From contig JBNKBE010000015.1 of assembly GCA_050287085.1 (NCBI GenBank), forward strand, positions 1 to 64,000: 64,000 nucleotides of DNA, given 5' to 3'. The translations under genes were made by a program, and so were the position numbers. The notes under the pieces were generated by a model that saw nothing but the letters and a program-made list of their open reading frames with translations, was not told the origin of the DNA and ran no database searches. This document shows positions 39,335-49,003 of this stretch, one piece after another. Source of the stretch: Polyangiaceae bacterium (GTDB lineage Bacteria > Myxococcota_A > Polyangia > Polyangiales > Polyangiaceae). Position 1 is the stretch's first letter. Every line of letters begins with the position of its first letter.

Positions 39335-40003
39335 GGGTAACCCAAGGGCACCGCAGGGCACCCCTGGCACCAACCTGGTTTCGCTGGTTGCCGCGCCGGA
39401 CGCTGCCACGCCAAGCGTCGACATCGCGCACGCAGGGTTCAACCTGGTTAGGGCACCCCGTTGGCGCCAAGCGTCGACCCCGCGCGCGGCAAGCTCGTCA
39501 CCAACCTGGTTAGGGCACCCCAGGGCACCCCGGTTCAGGGCACCCCGGTTCGGTTGACATCGAAGGGCACCAAGGGACGCTGCCGCGCCAAGCGTCGACC
39601 CCCGCGCGCGGCAAGCTCGGCACGAACCTGGTTTCGCTCAACCTGGTTAGGGCACCCCGCGGAGAACCCCAACCTGGTTAGGGCACCCCGAGGGCACCCC
39701 GCGAGGGCACCCCGAGAACCCCAACCTGGTTAGGGCACCCCAGGGCACCCCCGAGGGCACCCAGCGCGTCGCTCAACCTGGTTAGGGCACCCCAAGGGCA
39801 CCCCGCCGGTTAGGGCACCCCGCCCAGAACTCCAACCTGGTTAGGGCACCCCGAGGGCACCCCGCAGCCCCGAGGGCACCCCGAGGGCACCCCGAGGGCA
39901 CCCCCGAGGGCACCCAGCGCTGGTCGACATCGCGCGCGGCACCAACCTGGTTTCGCTGGTTTCACCAACCTGGTTTCGCTGGTTAGCCCTCGCTGGTTAG
40001 CCC
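39335..40003. repeat. right mosaic repeat array flanking the HUH transposase
   Basis: Seven CAACCTGGTTAGGGCACCCC, about 20 AGGGCACCC in total, and recurring CACCAACCTGGTTTCGCTGGTT and CGCCAAGCGTCGAC modules. Confidence 0.95.
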
Positions 40004-40533
40004 AGTTCGTCGAGAATCGCCTGGGCTCGCGTGTTTGCGGCGTCGAAGGGGTCACGCCGCTCTGAGCTGGGACGCGCATCCCGGGCGCCCACGAGCGCGA
40101 ACCCACTCTGCACAAGGAAAAAGCCCCATGCCGCGAGCGCGTCGTCGAAGGGTCCGGTCCCAGCCAACACCATTGAGAACGCTAGACCACCGCCGAGAAG
40201 CATCGCTTCTACGACGAGCGCCCGCTGTCGTTCGGACGGGTAGAGCACCAGGCTTCGAAGGAGGCCCAACGCAAGCAGGTTGACCAAGCCCAAGATCGCA
40301 GGGGAGGTTCCCAGCATCCACAGTCCGATCGACACGCAGAGCAGAAGCGCGCTAGCGCCTACCGCGCCCCGAGTTTTCGGCGCAACGAAGAACAGGTAAC
40401 TGGGTACCAGCCAGAGCAACGCGAAGAGGTAGGAGCGGTGGTAGCCGCCCGTGGCAGCCCACGCGGCAAACGTCCCCAGACCTGCTCCCCCAGCAAAGAG
40501 CAGCGCACGACCGAAGCCACCGCGCCGGCTCAC
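39997..40533 (-). CDS. multi-pass membrane protein
   Basis: About 6 hydrophobic segments; 4-nt overlap with the PspA-family gene. Confidence 0.8.
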   Translation of the reverse strand: MSRRGGFGRALLFAGGAGLGTFAAWAATGGYHRSYLFALLWLVPSYLFFVAPKTRGAVGASALLLCVSIGLWMLGTSPAILGLVNLLALGLLRSLVLYPSERQRALVVEAMLLGGGLAFSMVLAGTGPFDDALAAWGFFLVQSGFALVGARDARPSSERRDPFDAANTRAQAILDELG

Positions 40534-41066
40534 GGCTCACCCCCGCTCACCCCAGCGCGGCGCCTCAGGAGCTCGATCTCGATGTCTTCGTCCGTCACCG
40601 CCATGGGACGAGCGAGGGGACCTGGTTCGCCCTGCTCTTCCCGCTCCGTGAAGTGCCGCGCGCGCGCCCAAAGTGTCTCGAAGGTGGCTTGCTGCTCCTC
40701 AAGGAGCTGGCGCAGGTCTTGTTGTTCTTCGGCAAGCACGCGGCCGCGCTCGGCGATCTGCACCAGCCTTCGGTCCATGGGTAGCCGCTGACGAATGGCG
40801 TGGCGCGCTAGATCTTCCTTGTCGTTGGCCAGCGCCAGATCGATGTCGCGCTCAAGCTCGGTCTGGCGCGTCTTCAACCGCTCGCCCTCTCGCTCGAGCG
40901 CTTTGTTCTCGGCCGCCATGGCGTCGAGCTTGGCTCGCTTGCGGTTGAGCTCGGCCTCCGCTTCGCGCAGGTGCTGCCTGAGTAGCAGCGCCTTGTCTTC
41001 TACGGCATCGATCACGCCGTGACTTTCTGCCTTGAGGGTCGTCCCCACTCGTTCGAACCATCCCAT
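40530..41066 (-). CDS. PspA/IM30 family protein
   Basis: MGWFERV...IDAVED..LLLRQHLRE, coiled coil, ALANDKEDLARHAI. RBS AAGGAG. Confidence 0.85.
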   Translation of the reverse strand: MGWFERVGTTLKAESHGVIDAVEDKALLLRQHLREAEAELNRKRAKLDAMAAENKALEREGERLKTRQTELERDIDLALANDKEDLARHAIRQRLPMDRRLVQIAERGRVLAEEQQDLRQLLEEQQATFETLWARARHFTEREEQGEPGPLARPMAVTDEDIEIELLRRRAGVSGGEP

Positions 41067-41094
41067 GATGAAGTCTCCTTCTTGTGTGTCCCGC

Positions 41095-42597
41095 TTACCT
41101 GTAGCTGCCGGCGCGACGCGCCTTGATTGAGCTCGATTGAACGCGTTTGCTGAGGTGGTTCTTCTTCTCAGCCACATCGGGTCCGTCGAACACCGACCCG
41201 ACCTCGGACTCCAGCTGCCGGGCTTGATCCACAGCCTCGCTAACGGCGGGGCTCGGCTCTGGCGCTGCGGCGTTCATCGCCTCGTAGCGAGTGCGCCACG
41301 CAGCGATGGCCTTCTGCGCTTCTTCCTTCTCGCCGCGCTGTACCAGGGCCGCTACCTCGGTGCGCATCTTGTTGTACGCGTCAACGCCGACCGCTTCCCC
41401 CCATGCTTCGGAGTTCAGACCCGCGAAGAACGCCTCACGGTCACTGACGACATCAAGCGTCGGCAACTGGGCAAGCTCGAGCTGTCGCGGAGCGCCGTCT
41501 TGCGTGTACTCGACGCGGAACGTTCCGAGCTCCAGTCGCTCGCCCGTTGGCCGTGCGCGTAGCGTCAGCCAAAGCTTGCGCACCTGACCGGCGTACAGCG
41601 AGCCGACGTGGAAGCGCTGGATTCCCCCGGCGTTTTCGATCGGGTAGCCAGCGGCGTCCAACACCTCTACACCTCTCTCGCTGGAAAACGTCACCGCGAC
41701 CGAGCTCGCGAGCGTTTGTCTAGCCGAGTCGAACTCCTGCGAGATGATCTGTCCGAGACCCGCTTCCCCGTCGAGATAATAGTAGTTGCCCGTTCCACGA
41801 TCGGCGAGGCGACTCATCAGGGTTTCGTTGAAGCCTTCACCCACCCCGATCGTCGAGATGACGTATTCACCCGGAACCGCACGACCGGCTCTGGCCCCGA
41901 GACCCTCAAGTGAGGGGTCACCTTCGTTGGCATGGCCGTCGGAGAGCAACAGCATGCGACGCGCCCGTCCCGTGCCAGGGCCCGCAAACATAGGCGTCGC
42001 CAGATCCAGCCCGGCGCTCATGTTGGTCCCTCCGGCGGTGTCGAGCCGGCCGATGACGCTCCGCCAGCCTCGCTTGACGTCCGCTGTCGCCACAGCCAAG
42101 GGAATGTCTACGCGTGCGCCCGACTCGTAGGTGACCAGGGCGAAGCGATCCTCGCCGGAGAGGTTATCGAGCAGGCCAAGAAGGGCGATCCGTGCCGCCT
42201 CGAGCTTCGTGCCCGACATCGAGCCTGAACGGTCGAGAACAACAACCACGTCCGTGGGTCGCCTGACCGCCGCGCCGTCGAGTGCATCGGCGGACAACTG
42301 GAGTTGGACACGGACCTCCCCGTCTCCACCCCGCAGCATAGCGGCTCGGTCCACCACGGCGCCCACATGCACCTTGCCATCCGCAGACTCCGCCTTCACT
42401 TGGGGCGACAATGCAGGCGCTGGTAAGTGCAGGACTGGCGCTGGAGCCACCAGGCCCGCGGGCGTGCCGTGCCTTGCCGGAACGAGGAGCCAGTTCTTGG
42501 CCAAGGCGCTGGCGGCGATGGTCAAGAGCGTGAGCGCTCCGACCAAGATCAGTCCGCTCCGGCCGCGGTTTATGAAGAGTTTCTGCTTGATGGACAT
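41095..42597 (-). CDS. membrane-anchored vWA domain protein
   Basis: MIDAS VLDRSGSM, GGTNM, LLSDGHAN, and an N-terminal TM segment. Confidence 0.9.
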   Translation of the reverse strand: MSIKQKLFINRGRSGLILVGALTLLTIAASALAKNWLLVPARHGTPAGLVAPAPVLHLPAPALSPQVKAESADGKVHVGAVVDRAAMLRGGDGEVRVQLQLSADALDGAAVRRPTDVVVVLDRSGSMSGTKLEAARIALLGLLDNLSGEDRFALVTYESGARVDIPLAVATADVKRGWRSVIGRLDTAGGTNMSAGLDLATPMFAGPGTGRARRMLLLSDGHANEGDPSLEGLGARAGRAVPGEYVISTIGVGEGFNETLMSRLADRGTGNYYYLDGEAGLGQIISQEFDSARQTLASSVAVTFSSERGVEVLDAAGYPIENAGGIQRFHVGSLYAGQVRKLWLTLRARPTGERLELGTFRVEYTQDGAPRQLELAQLPTLDVVSDREAFFAGLNSEAWGEAVGVDAYNKMRTEVAALVQRGEKEEAQKAIAAWRTRYEAMNAAAPEPSPAVSEAVDQARQLESEVGSVFDGPDVAEKKNHLSKRVQSSSIKARRAGSYR

Positions 42598-42709
42598 GCT
42601 GCCTTCCGTCGGGTTTGGAGCGCCGCTCGGCACTCGCTGTGGTCAACTAGGACTAGCGTTGGGCGGCGATCCATGCTCCCAAGCTTGTGTAAAAGCTGCG
42701 GCGGGAGGA

Positions 42710-42726
42710 TTTACATTCGATTTACA
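42710..42726. promoter_or_regulatory. OmpR/PhoB-type direct-repeat operator
   Basis: TTTACA-N5-TTTACA (11-bp period), with an additional TGTAAA at 42688, between the divergent vWA and response-regulator genes. Confidence 0.65.
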
Positions 42727-42769
42727 CTCCCCGAGGATCCCACGCGGAATTTGGGCGTACACTGACGTC

Positions 42770-43462
42770 ATGGGAGAGCCTAGCGCGCCGCGCCTGCCCG
42801 TCCTCGTCGTGGAAGACGAGAAGAGTATTCGAGACGGGATCTGCGACGTGCTGGCGTATCGCCACTACGCGCCGACCGGGGTTGAGACGGGTGAGGCGGG
42901 GGTCGAGCAGGCGTGTTCGGGGCGCTACTCGCTCGTCGTGCTCGATGTTATGCTGCCGAAGATGAACGGGTTTGACGTGTGTGTTCACATCCGCCGCGAG
43001 CAACCTGAGCTACCCGTCGTGATGTTGACCGCCATGGGGGCCGAGGAGGACATCCTGCGCGGCTTCGAATCCGGCGCGGACGACTACGTCACCAAGCCGT
43101 TCAGCGTGCGCGAGTTGCTCGCTCGTATCGAAGCACTGCTCAAGCGATCGGGAAAGCTCGCCAGTGGGGCATTCAGTTTCGGACCCTGGCAAATCGACGC
43201 CGCGCGACTGATGGCGAGCCAGGGGGACGCCCAGATCGAGTTGACGCCCCGCGAGCTGGCGATCCTACGACTGCTGAAGAAGGAGCCGGGCCGCATCGTG
43301 AGCCGCCGCGTTCTACTGCATCAGGTGTGGGGCTTCCAAAACGCCGACCAGCTCCAGACCCGCACCGTCGATGTGCAAGTGGGAAAGCTGCGCAAGAAAC
43401 TACGCTCCGCTGGTGACCTGATCGAAACGGTGCGCGGAGCGGGCTACCGAGTACGGGGGTGA
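42770..43462 (+). CDS. OmpR-family response regulator
   Basis: VVEDE, LDVMLP, GADDYVTKPF, LTPRE, RTVDV, ETVRGAGY. Confidence 0.95.
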   Translation: MGEPSAPRLPVLVVEDEKSIRDGICDVLAYRHYAPTGVETGEAGVEQACSGRYSLVVLDVMLPKMNGFDVCVHIRREQPELPVVMLTAMGAEEDILRGFESGADDYVTKPFSVRELLARIEALLKRSGKLASGAFSFGPWQIDAARLMASQGDAQIELTPRELAILRLLKKEPGRIVSRRVLLHQVWGFQNADQLQTRTVDVQVGKLRKKLRSAGDLIETVRGAGYRVRG

Positions 43463-43463
43463 C

Positions 43464-45224
43464 GTGAAACGGTTTCGACTCGTGTTCGCGATCGTGACTG
43501 TGGCCCTCGCCATGCCATTGGCCCTACTCGTGCTGTGGTCCGTGCGTAGCGTTGCCGAAGAGGATCGCTTTCGAACCCACGCGCTCGCGAGTCGCATCTT
43601 CGACGAGATGGAGGCCGAGCTGACCCAGGTGCTCGACGAGGAGTCGGGTCTACCCGCCGGGGCGGCTCGCTCCGACACGTCGCGAATGCGGCGGCTCACC
43701 GGAAGTTCCAGCTACCGAGCCGACTCCCATTCCTTCGTCGTGGGCTACTTCGAGGCGAATCACGCAGGCAACGTGGTAGCCGTGCCGAGACAACGCGGGT
43801 CGACGACCTCCACGGAGGAGCAGGCCAAGATCGAGGCGCTGGCCGAGAGCGTGTGGCAAGCGCCGGAGCCCGATGTCACACAGGCGCTTGCAGGGCAAAC
43901 GCAGCAGCAGGCAGACCCAGAGAGCGTCTACGCCCAGTTCGACAAACTGAATCGCAGCGGCGAAAAGCGCAGCGCGCGCTTGAAGAAGACGGTAAGAGCG
44001 CGTTCCAAGGAGATGGACAACCTGGACCAGCGCGCTGAGCAGCCCCGGATCCCGGCCCCCACTCAGTCCCAGTTGGACGCGGAGCCCCGCGCCCGGGCAC
44101 AGCGTTCACTCGGCAGTGATGCGCTAGGGGAGCTCACGTCTCGGCGCGCAGACTCGGACCATCTCTTGATCTTCCGCACCGTGACCGTGGCGGGTGGGGC
44201 CCAGCACGCCGGTCTCATCATCGACGTCCCGAAACTCGTCGAGCACTTCACACGTGAGATCATCGCTCCCAGCGATCTGGGCAGCTACGCCACGTTGCGT
44301 CCGCTTGCGGCCAGTGCCCCGCATCGCGACGCCACTGCGCCGGGGGGCGGGGAATTCATCCACCGCTTCGCCGAGCCCTACGGGCAGCTAGTGCTCAGCT
44401 TGACGCTCGCTGGACTGCCCAAGAGCGACAGTGCCGCCTACGTCTATTCACTTGGAGCAATGCTCGCGTTGGTGGCGGCGCTCGGCTTGTTGGCGGTCTA
44501 CCGTATGGTGAGCACCACAGTGGCGTTCGCGGAACGACGCAGCAACTTCGTTTCGGCGGTCACCCACGAGTTGAAGACGCCGCTCACGGCCATACGCATG
44601 TACAGCGAGATGTTGCAGGAAGATCTCGTGGCCGACCAACCCACTCGGGAACGCTACTACCGCACCATCACTGCCGAAACGGAGCGGCTCACGCGCCTGG
44701 TCAACAATGTGCTCGAGCTCTCGAACCTTGACCGCAACCAACGCCCGATGTCGCTGGTCGTGGGCGACGTCGGCCCTGTGCTGCGAGAGGTGGAGAGCAT
44801 CGTGCGTCCTCACGCCGCCGAGCAAGAGTTCGAGCTGCTGCTCGAAACTGCGGACGAGCTCCCCGCCGTGCAGTTCGAGCGCGACGCGCTCGTGCAGGTG
44901 CTTGTCAATTTGGTGGACAACGCGATCAAGTACGCGAGCACGGCTAGAGACAAGCGCATTCACCTGGTGGCCAATGCGAGCCCCGACAGAGGCGTCGTGC
45001 TGGCGGTGGCTGATCACGGGCCTGGCGTAGAAGACACCCATCTTCGCCACATCTTTGAGCCGTTCTACCGCGGCCAGCAGGAGCTGACCCGCACCGCGAA
45101 AGGCACCGGCATTGGTCTGTCGCTCGTGCGTAGCCTCGTCCAACGCATGAACGGTAGTGTCGGCGGGCGCAACACCACCCCCGGATTTGTGGTGGAGATC
45201 CGCTTGAGAGCCCCCCAAAGCTAG
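43464..45224 (+). CDS. membrane sensor histidine kinase
   Basis: Two TM segments, THELKTPL, NLVDNAIKY, DHGPG, IFEPFYR, GTGIGL. Confidence 0.95.
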   Translation: MKRFRLVFAIVTVALAMPLALLVLWSVRSVAEEDRFRTHALASRIFDEMEAELTQVLDEESGLPAGAARSDTSRMRRLTGSSSYRADSHSFVVGYFEANHAGNVVAVPRQRGSTTSTEEQAKIEALAESVWQAPEPDVTQALAGQTQQQADPESVYAQFDKLNRSGEKRSARLKKTVRARSKEMDNLDQRAEQPRIPAPTQSQLDAEPRARAQRSLGSDALGELTSRRADSDHLLIFRTVTVAGGAQHAGLIIDVPKLVEHFTREIIAPSDLGSYATLRPLAASAPHRDATAPGGGEFIHRFAEPYGQLVLSLTLAGLPKSDSAAYVYSLGAMLALVAALGLLAVYRMVSTTVAFAERRSNFVSAVTHELKTPLTAIRMYSEMLQEDLVADQPTRERYYRTITAETERLTRLVNNVLELSNLDRNQRPMSLVVGDVGPVLREVESIVRPHAAEQEFELLLETADELPAVQFERDALVQVLVNLVDNAIKYASTARDKRIHLVANASPDRGVVLAVADHGPGVEDTHLRHIFEPFYRGQQELTRTAKGTGIGLSLVRSLVQRMNGSVGGRNTTPGFVVEIRLRAPQS

Positions 45225-45623
45225 CGGACACCCAGGATGTGACCACAACGCACCGGCCCCGCGTCGGTGCCGGCATGCGCGGTCGCCGAATCCGCCTCGG
45301 CGTCGACAAGAATGCCATTCAGTCCTGAAGCGCAAGCCCGCTAATTGGACGTCCCCAGTAGCTTCAGGAACGGGCGGCATCGGTACCCCGCACAAGCAGG
45401 GAGCCGCTCAGTCGACGTCCGACATCATTCAAGCTCGTCCGCACCAGATGCCGTTCTTCTCCACGGACAACCTCCACATGCCTGCTTGCAGATGGAATTC
45501 GAACGATCTGTAGAAGATGCCACGGAGAGACTCGATGGGCCGAAGAAGCTTTCTTGGACTCCACGTCTTCTAAAGCACGAAGGCGCTGGCCGCACGCGTG
45601 TGCCTTCGCTATGGCACGACGCC

Positions 45624-46001
45624 ATGCGCTTCAGTGTTCTCTACGCCTGTCTCGCCGGCGCGCTCTTTCTGGTCGAGGTGGCGATCGCATTGCTCTTCGA
45701 CGACGCGTTCGTGCGTCCCTACCTGGGTGACGTCCTGGTGGTCCCGCTGGTGCAATTCAGCGTAGCTGCGCTGCTTCCAATCCGTCCCCGGCCCTTGGCG
45801 GTTGGCGCGTTCGCCTTTGCCTGCGCCGTGGAGCTAGCGCAGTACTTTCGGCTGGTAGAGGTGCTGGGCCTACAGCACCTCGCGGTGGCAAGAACCGTGC
45901 TCGGTACCGTGGCGTCAGCGGGCGACGTCGTCGCCTACGCCGCGGGAGCAGCGCTGGGCTGGCTGGTGCACGCCCGCTGCGAGCGGCCGGCTATAGCTTA
46001 A
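45624..46001 (+). CDS. DUF2809 family membrane protein
   Basis: FVRPYLGDVLVV...VELAQY...LGT...DVVAYAAG. Confidence 0.8.
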   Translation: MRFSVLYACLAGALFLVEVAIALLFDDAFVRPYLGDVLVVPLVQFSVAALLPIRPRPLAVGAFAFACAVELAQYFRLVEVLGLQHLAVARTVLGTVASAGDVVAYAAGAALGWLVHARCERPAIA

Positions 46002-46492
46002 ACACGGCCGCACTCCCGCGCAATGCACCCGGCCCTCGTGCGCTGAACTCTTGCCGGGATGCCATGGGACGTCGGGAAGGACGTCCGCGGCGGCGATCCA
46101 CTGGACGTCACCGCGCCGAACGGCCCTCACGCTGGGCCATCGCTCATGGTCGCAGCGTAGTTCCTGCGCGCTACGACGTCGAGCCGTAGGTATGGGTGCC
46201 GACCACCTTCACGTGCGGCAGCTCGCGCAGCGTCGACGCTGGCGCCGGCATCTTCCTCCGAACAAGGTGCCGGCGCCAGGGCGCACGCCGACGTTCCGGC
46301 CATGCCGATCGATTCATCTTCATCTCCCGGCCGCGAGAAGGTCACAGCACGACACTGGGTCCCCGCCAGCGGGGAGAGTGTTCACGCTTCACGCAAGAAT
46401 GCCCGCAAGCCAGCGGGGTTGGCCAAGGCGTGTGCTACGGCTCAAGCACGCCTCAAAGTGAATCAGTCGGGAGTCGCTCCCTAGCCTAATGG

Positions 46493-46534
46493 GGGTCGAG
46501 ACGCGGCGCTTCGCGGTACGCCGCGTCTCGACCC
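46493..46534. repeat. perfect 16-bp hairpin (possible bidirectional terminator or REP-like element)
   Basis: GGGTCGAGACGCGGCG-10 nt-CGCCGCGTCTCGACCC between convergent genes. Confidence 0.85.
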
Positions 46535-46618
46535 TAGACCTGCGATACTCCGCTCTGGCGGGGCCGACGGCTGGTCGCGCCCCGCGTACGAGTCTGGTCG
46601 AAGCGGAAGGCTCGTCCG

Positions 46619-49003
46619 TCAGTTGATGGTTTGCAACAGGGCCGAGTCGACGTGGAAGGTCACTTCGCCCGGTGTGCCGGAGCCGGTGTCACCCGTATTG
46701 AAGATGATTCCCCAGGAATCGATGGCCGAAGGGTCAAAGGTTGCATTCGGATCGAGCGAGGCGGCACTTTCGATCAAAGCGGCGGGAGAGACATCGATAG
46801 TCACCCAATCTTCGCTGTTGAGCGTCGTCCATCCGTGAGCGCCCCACCACTCGCCTTGAACGAAATAGACCATCACGCCGCCATCAAAGTCGCCGGTCCG
46901 CTTCACCTTGACGGAAAGCTTGTTGTCGATGAGGTTCAAGGCGCCACTAGCGGGCCCCACTTGTACCTGCTGATTTCGGTCAGTGAAAGCAGCTTGAACC
47001 GACAACGAACCGGGTGCTGGATCGCCCTCTACGCTGTCCCAAGTCAAAGTGCTCGCCTCGTCGATTGGCGACGTACCCGTGATGCTCCACCCCTCGGCGT
47101 CCGCGTCGAAGGTCGCGCCCTCAGCTTCTCCAAGCACCACTGGGGCGGGCCACGCCTGGTCGGGCAGGAAGTTATCGCTCGTACTCGCCACCAGAAGCGA
47201 TACCGACATCGGGGGCATCTCGTACTTGAACTGATTCGACGCGGCGGCTCGGACTGAAGCCCGCGCCTGGGGACGAGCCGTGAGGCCCACCGTGTCTGCG
47301 GCGCTCGCATCAAGCACGTAGACCTGCGCGCTCTTCAGCTCTTGGTCATGGGCGATATTCAACTCAACAATTTGTGCCGCGTCACTCTTGTTGATGAGGA
47401 CCACCTTCATCATCGAAGGGTCATCGGGGTCGAGAGCAGCGTATACGCTGGAAGAAACCGGATCGCTTGTCGTCGCTTCGACCCCCAAGCTGCCAAACTT
47501 GCCGCCCTGTCCATCGTAGTTGCGGTAGATTTGGTAGGCTCCGTAGGTGAAGTATTGGTCGTCTCCGGCAAACCAGTGGCTCGACTGTCCAACGCCCTCT
47601 CGACCGAAGATGCCCAGAACGTCCGCCGCGGCAAGCGCTCCGCTCACGTGGTTGTTGGCGCCGTAGTCCCACTCAGCGATGGCGAGCTTAGTGCCAGGGT
47701 AATGCTCGTCAATTTGCCCCTGGATGCGAGGGAGCAGCTGGATCGCCTCGCCTCCAATGGAATCGTTGGTGATCCAACTATCTTCGACGTACGTGGGATC
47801 CCAAAGGCTACGAGGGGCCTGCAACCGCGCTTCAACCGCGCCCGCCGTCGTCGTGCCATCGGTGACGCGTGCATCGTCACCGACAGCCTCGGGGTACCAA
47901 TGCAAGTCCACATAGTCGATGAGGCGCTGACCATCGGCCTCTTCGGCAGCGGCGCACTTGTCCAGGTAGTAGTTGAGGAACTCACCTTTCGCGGCGTAGT
48001 CATCACTACCGGTAAGAGTCTCCCAGCCGTACCAACCAAAGCTCGCATAGCCAGCTACCTCCGCCGTGGGAAGGATCTTCTTCACCATGCGGGCGCCCGC
48101 CAGGTTTCGCTCCACCACGTCATCGTAGGTCGGAGCCGTGGGCCAGAAGATCTCCCAAGTGCCGGACCAAAGGTCTGGTTCATTGTCGAGCGAAACGATC
48201 AGCTTGCTGCCAGGGTAGGTCTCCTTCGCCCAGTTGAGGAACTCGTCCTGGTAGACGGTGCCATCGCTTGTGTCGGGAGTGGTGCTGAACGCGCTGCCCT
48301 TCTCCAAAACGTTAGCCACAAAGCGCGAGGTGAGGAAGTCAGCCGTCTCCCGCACATCCGTCTCATCCTTGTCTGCCGCCACGTAGTCGTTGAGCTGGAG
48401 GGTTAGAAGGGCGCTGATCGACCCCGCTTCCGCCGCCTGAAGCACCCCGTCAACGGCAGCCCCCGGCACGTCACTCTCACTCAAGTACCCGTCGTTGTGA
48501 AAGTACCAATCGCTGCCGGCGTTGCTAGCGTTGGTTTCCCAGTTGTAGGCCGAGAAGCGATTGCCTCCAGCGCGTCCCACAGTGAAGCCCACCTCAGCGA
48601 TCAGAGCATTCACCTTCTCGGCTTCCATCTGTCCCACGTTCATCCCGTAAACGCTCTCCGAAATGGGATGAGTCTGTGCGCTGTCGATGGCCACAGTCAC
48701 GGTCGCTGCACCCGCTGGGGGGTCGACGATGCCGAGGTCTACGGGCGCAACTCCGCCCCCACCACCAGCCTGCGGTGCGGCGCCTCCTCCGCCGCCGTTG
48801 TCCGAGGAACCAGCGGCCCCGCCGCCAGCTTGCGGTGCAGCGCCTCCTCCGCCGTTGTCCGAGGAACCAGCGCCCCGATCGCCATCACCATTGGAGCAGG
48901 CAAAGCTCAAGAACAAGACGGAAATGCAAGACAGAGAAGGGAGGATACGAGAACGCACGAGGGCCATCCGGGGGAGTATGCGCACAAAGACCCCACGGAC
49001 CAT
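46619..49003 (-). CDS. glycoside hydrolase family 44 lipoprotein with C-terminal CBM-like domain
   Basis: GGNRFSAYNWETNASNAGSDW, LDNEPDLW, DLHWYPEA, RLQAPRSLWDPTY, LAIAEW, YRNYDGQGGKFG, plus an SFAC lipobox. Start at 49003 or 48967. Confidence 0.92.
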   Translation of the reverse strand: MVRGVFVRILPRMALVRSRILPSLSCISVLFLSFACSNGDGDRGAGSSDNGGGGAAPQAGGGAAGSSDNGGGGGAAPQAGGGGGVAPVDLGIVDPPAGAATVTVAIDSAQTHPISESVYGMNVGQMEAEKVNALIAEVGFTVGRAGGNRFSAYNWETNASNAGSDWYFHNDGYLSESDVPGAAVDGVLQAAEAGSISALLTLQLNDYVAADKDETDVRETADFLTSRFVANVLEKGSAFSTTPDTSDGTVYQDEFLNWAKETYPGSKLIVSLDNEPDLWSGTWEIFWPTAPTYDDVVERNLAGARMVKKILPTAEVAGYASFGWYGWETLTGSDDYAAKGEFLNYYLDKCAAAEEADGQRLIDYVDLHWYPEAVGDDARVTDGTTTAGAVEARLQAPRSLWDPTYVEDSWITNDSIGGEAIQLLPRIQGQIDEHYPGTKLAIAEWDYGANNHVSGALAAADVLGIFGREGVGQSSHWFAGDDQYFTYGAYQIYRNYDGQGGKFGSLGVEATTSDPVSSSVYAALDPDDPSMMKVVLINKSDAAQIVELNIAHDQELKSAQVYVLDASAADTVGLTARPQARASVRAAASNQFKYEMPPMSVSLLVASTSDNFLPDQAWPAPVVLGEAEGATFDADAEGWSITGTSPIDEASTLTWDSVEGDPAPGSLSVQAAFTDRNQQVQVGPASGALNLIDNKLSVKVKRTGDFDGGVMVYFVQGEWWGAHGWTTLNSEDWVTIDVSPAALIESAASLDPNATFDPSAIDSWGIIFNTGDTGSGTPGEVTFHVDSALLQTIN

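Noticed and set aside
37650..39850. Telomere-like TTAGG/TTAGGG motifs suggesting eukaryotic contamination
   Set aside because: They occur only as part of the AACCTGGTTAGG core, never as pure telomeric runs, and sit inside continuous bacterial sequence.
37570..40003. CRISPR array interpretation of the repeat tracts
   Set aside because: There is no constant-length repeat with unique spacers; the intervening sequences are themselves repeat fragments, and there are no cas genes in the window.
42131..42769. Long N-terminal extension of the response regulator ORF
   Set aside because: It overlaps the antisense vWA gene; the receiver domain begins just after ATG 42770. Similar over-extensions were trimmed for cynS, the ABC ATPase, DUF1552 and the esterase at 59515.
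45612..45628. sigma54 promoter TGGCAC before DUF2809
   Set aside because: The GG-to-GC spacing is 11 rather than 10, and the site overlaps the start codon.
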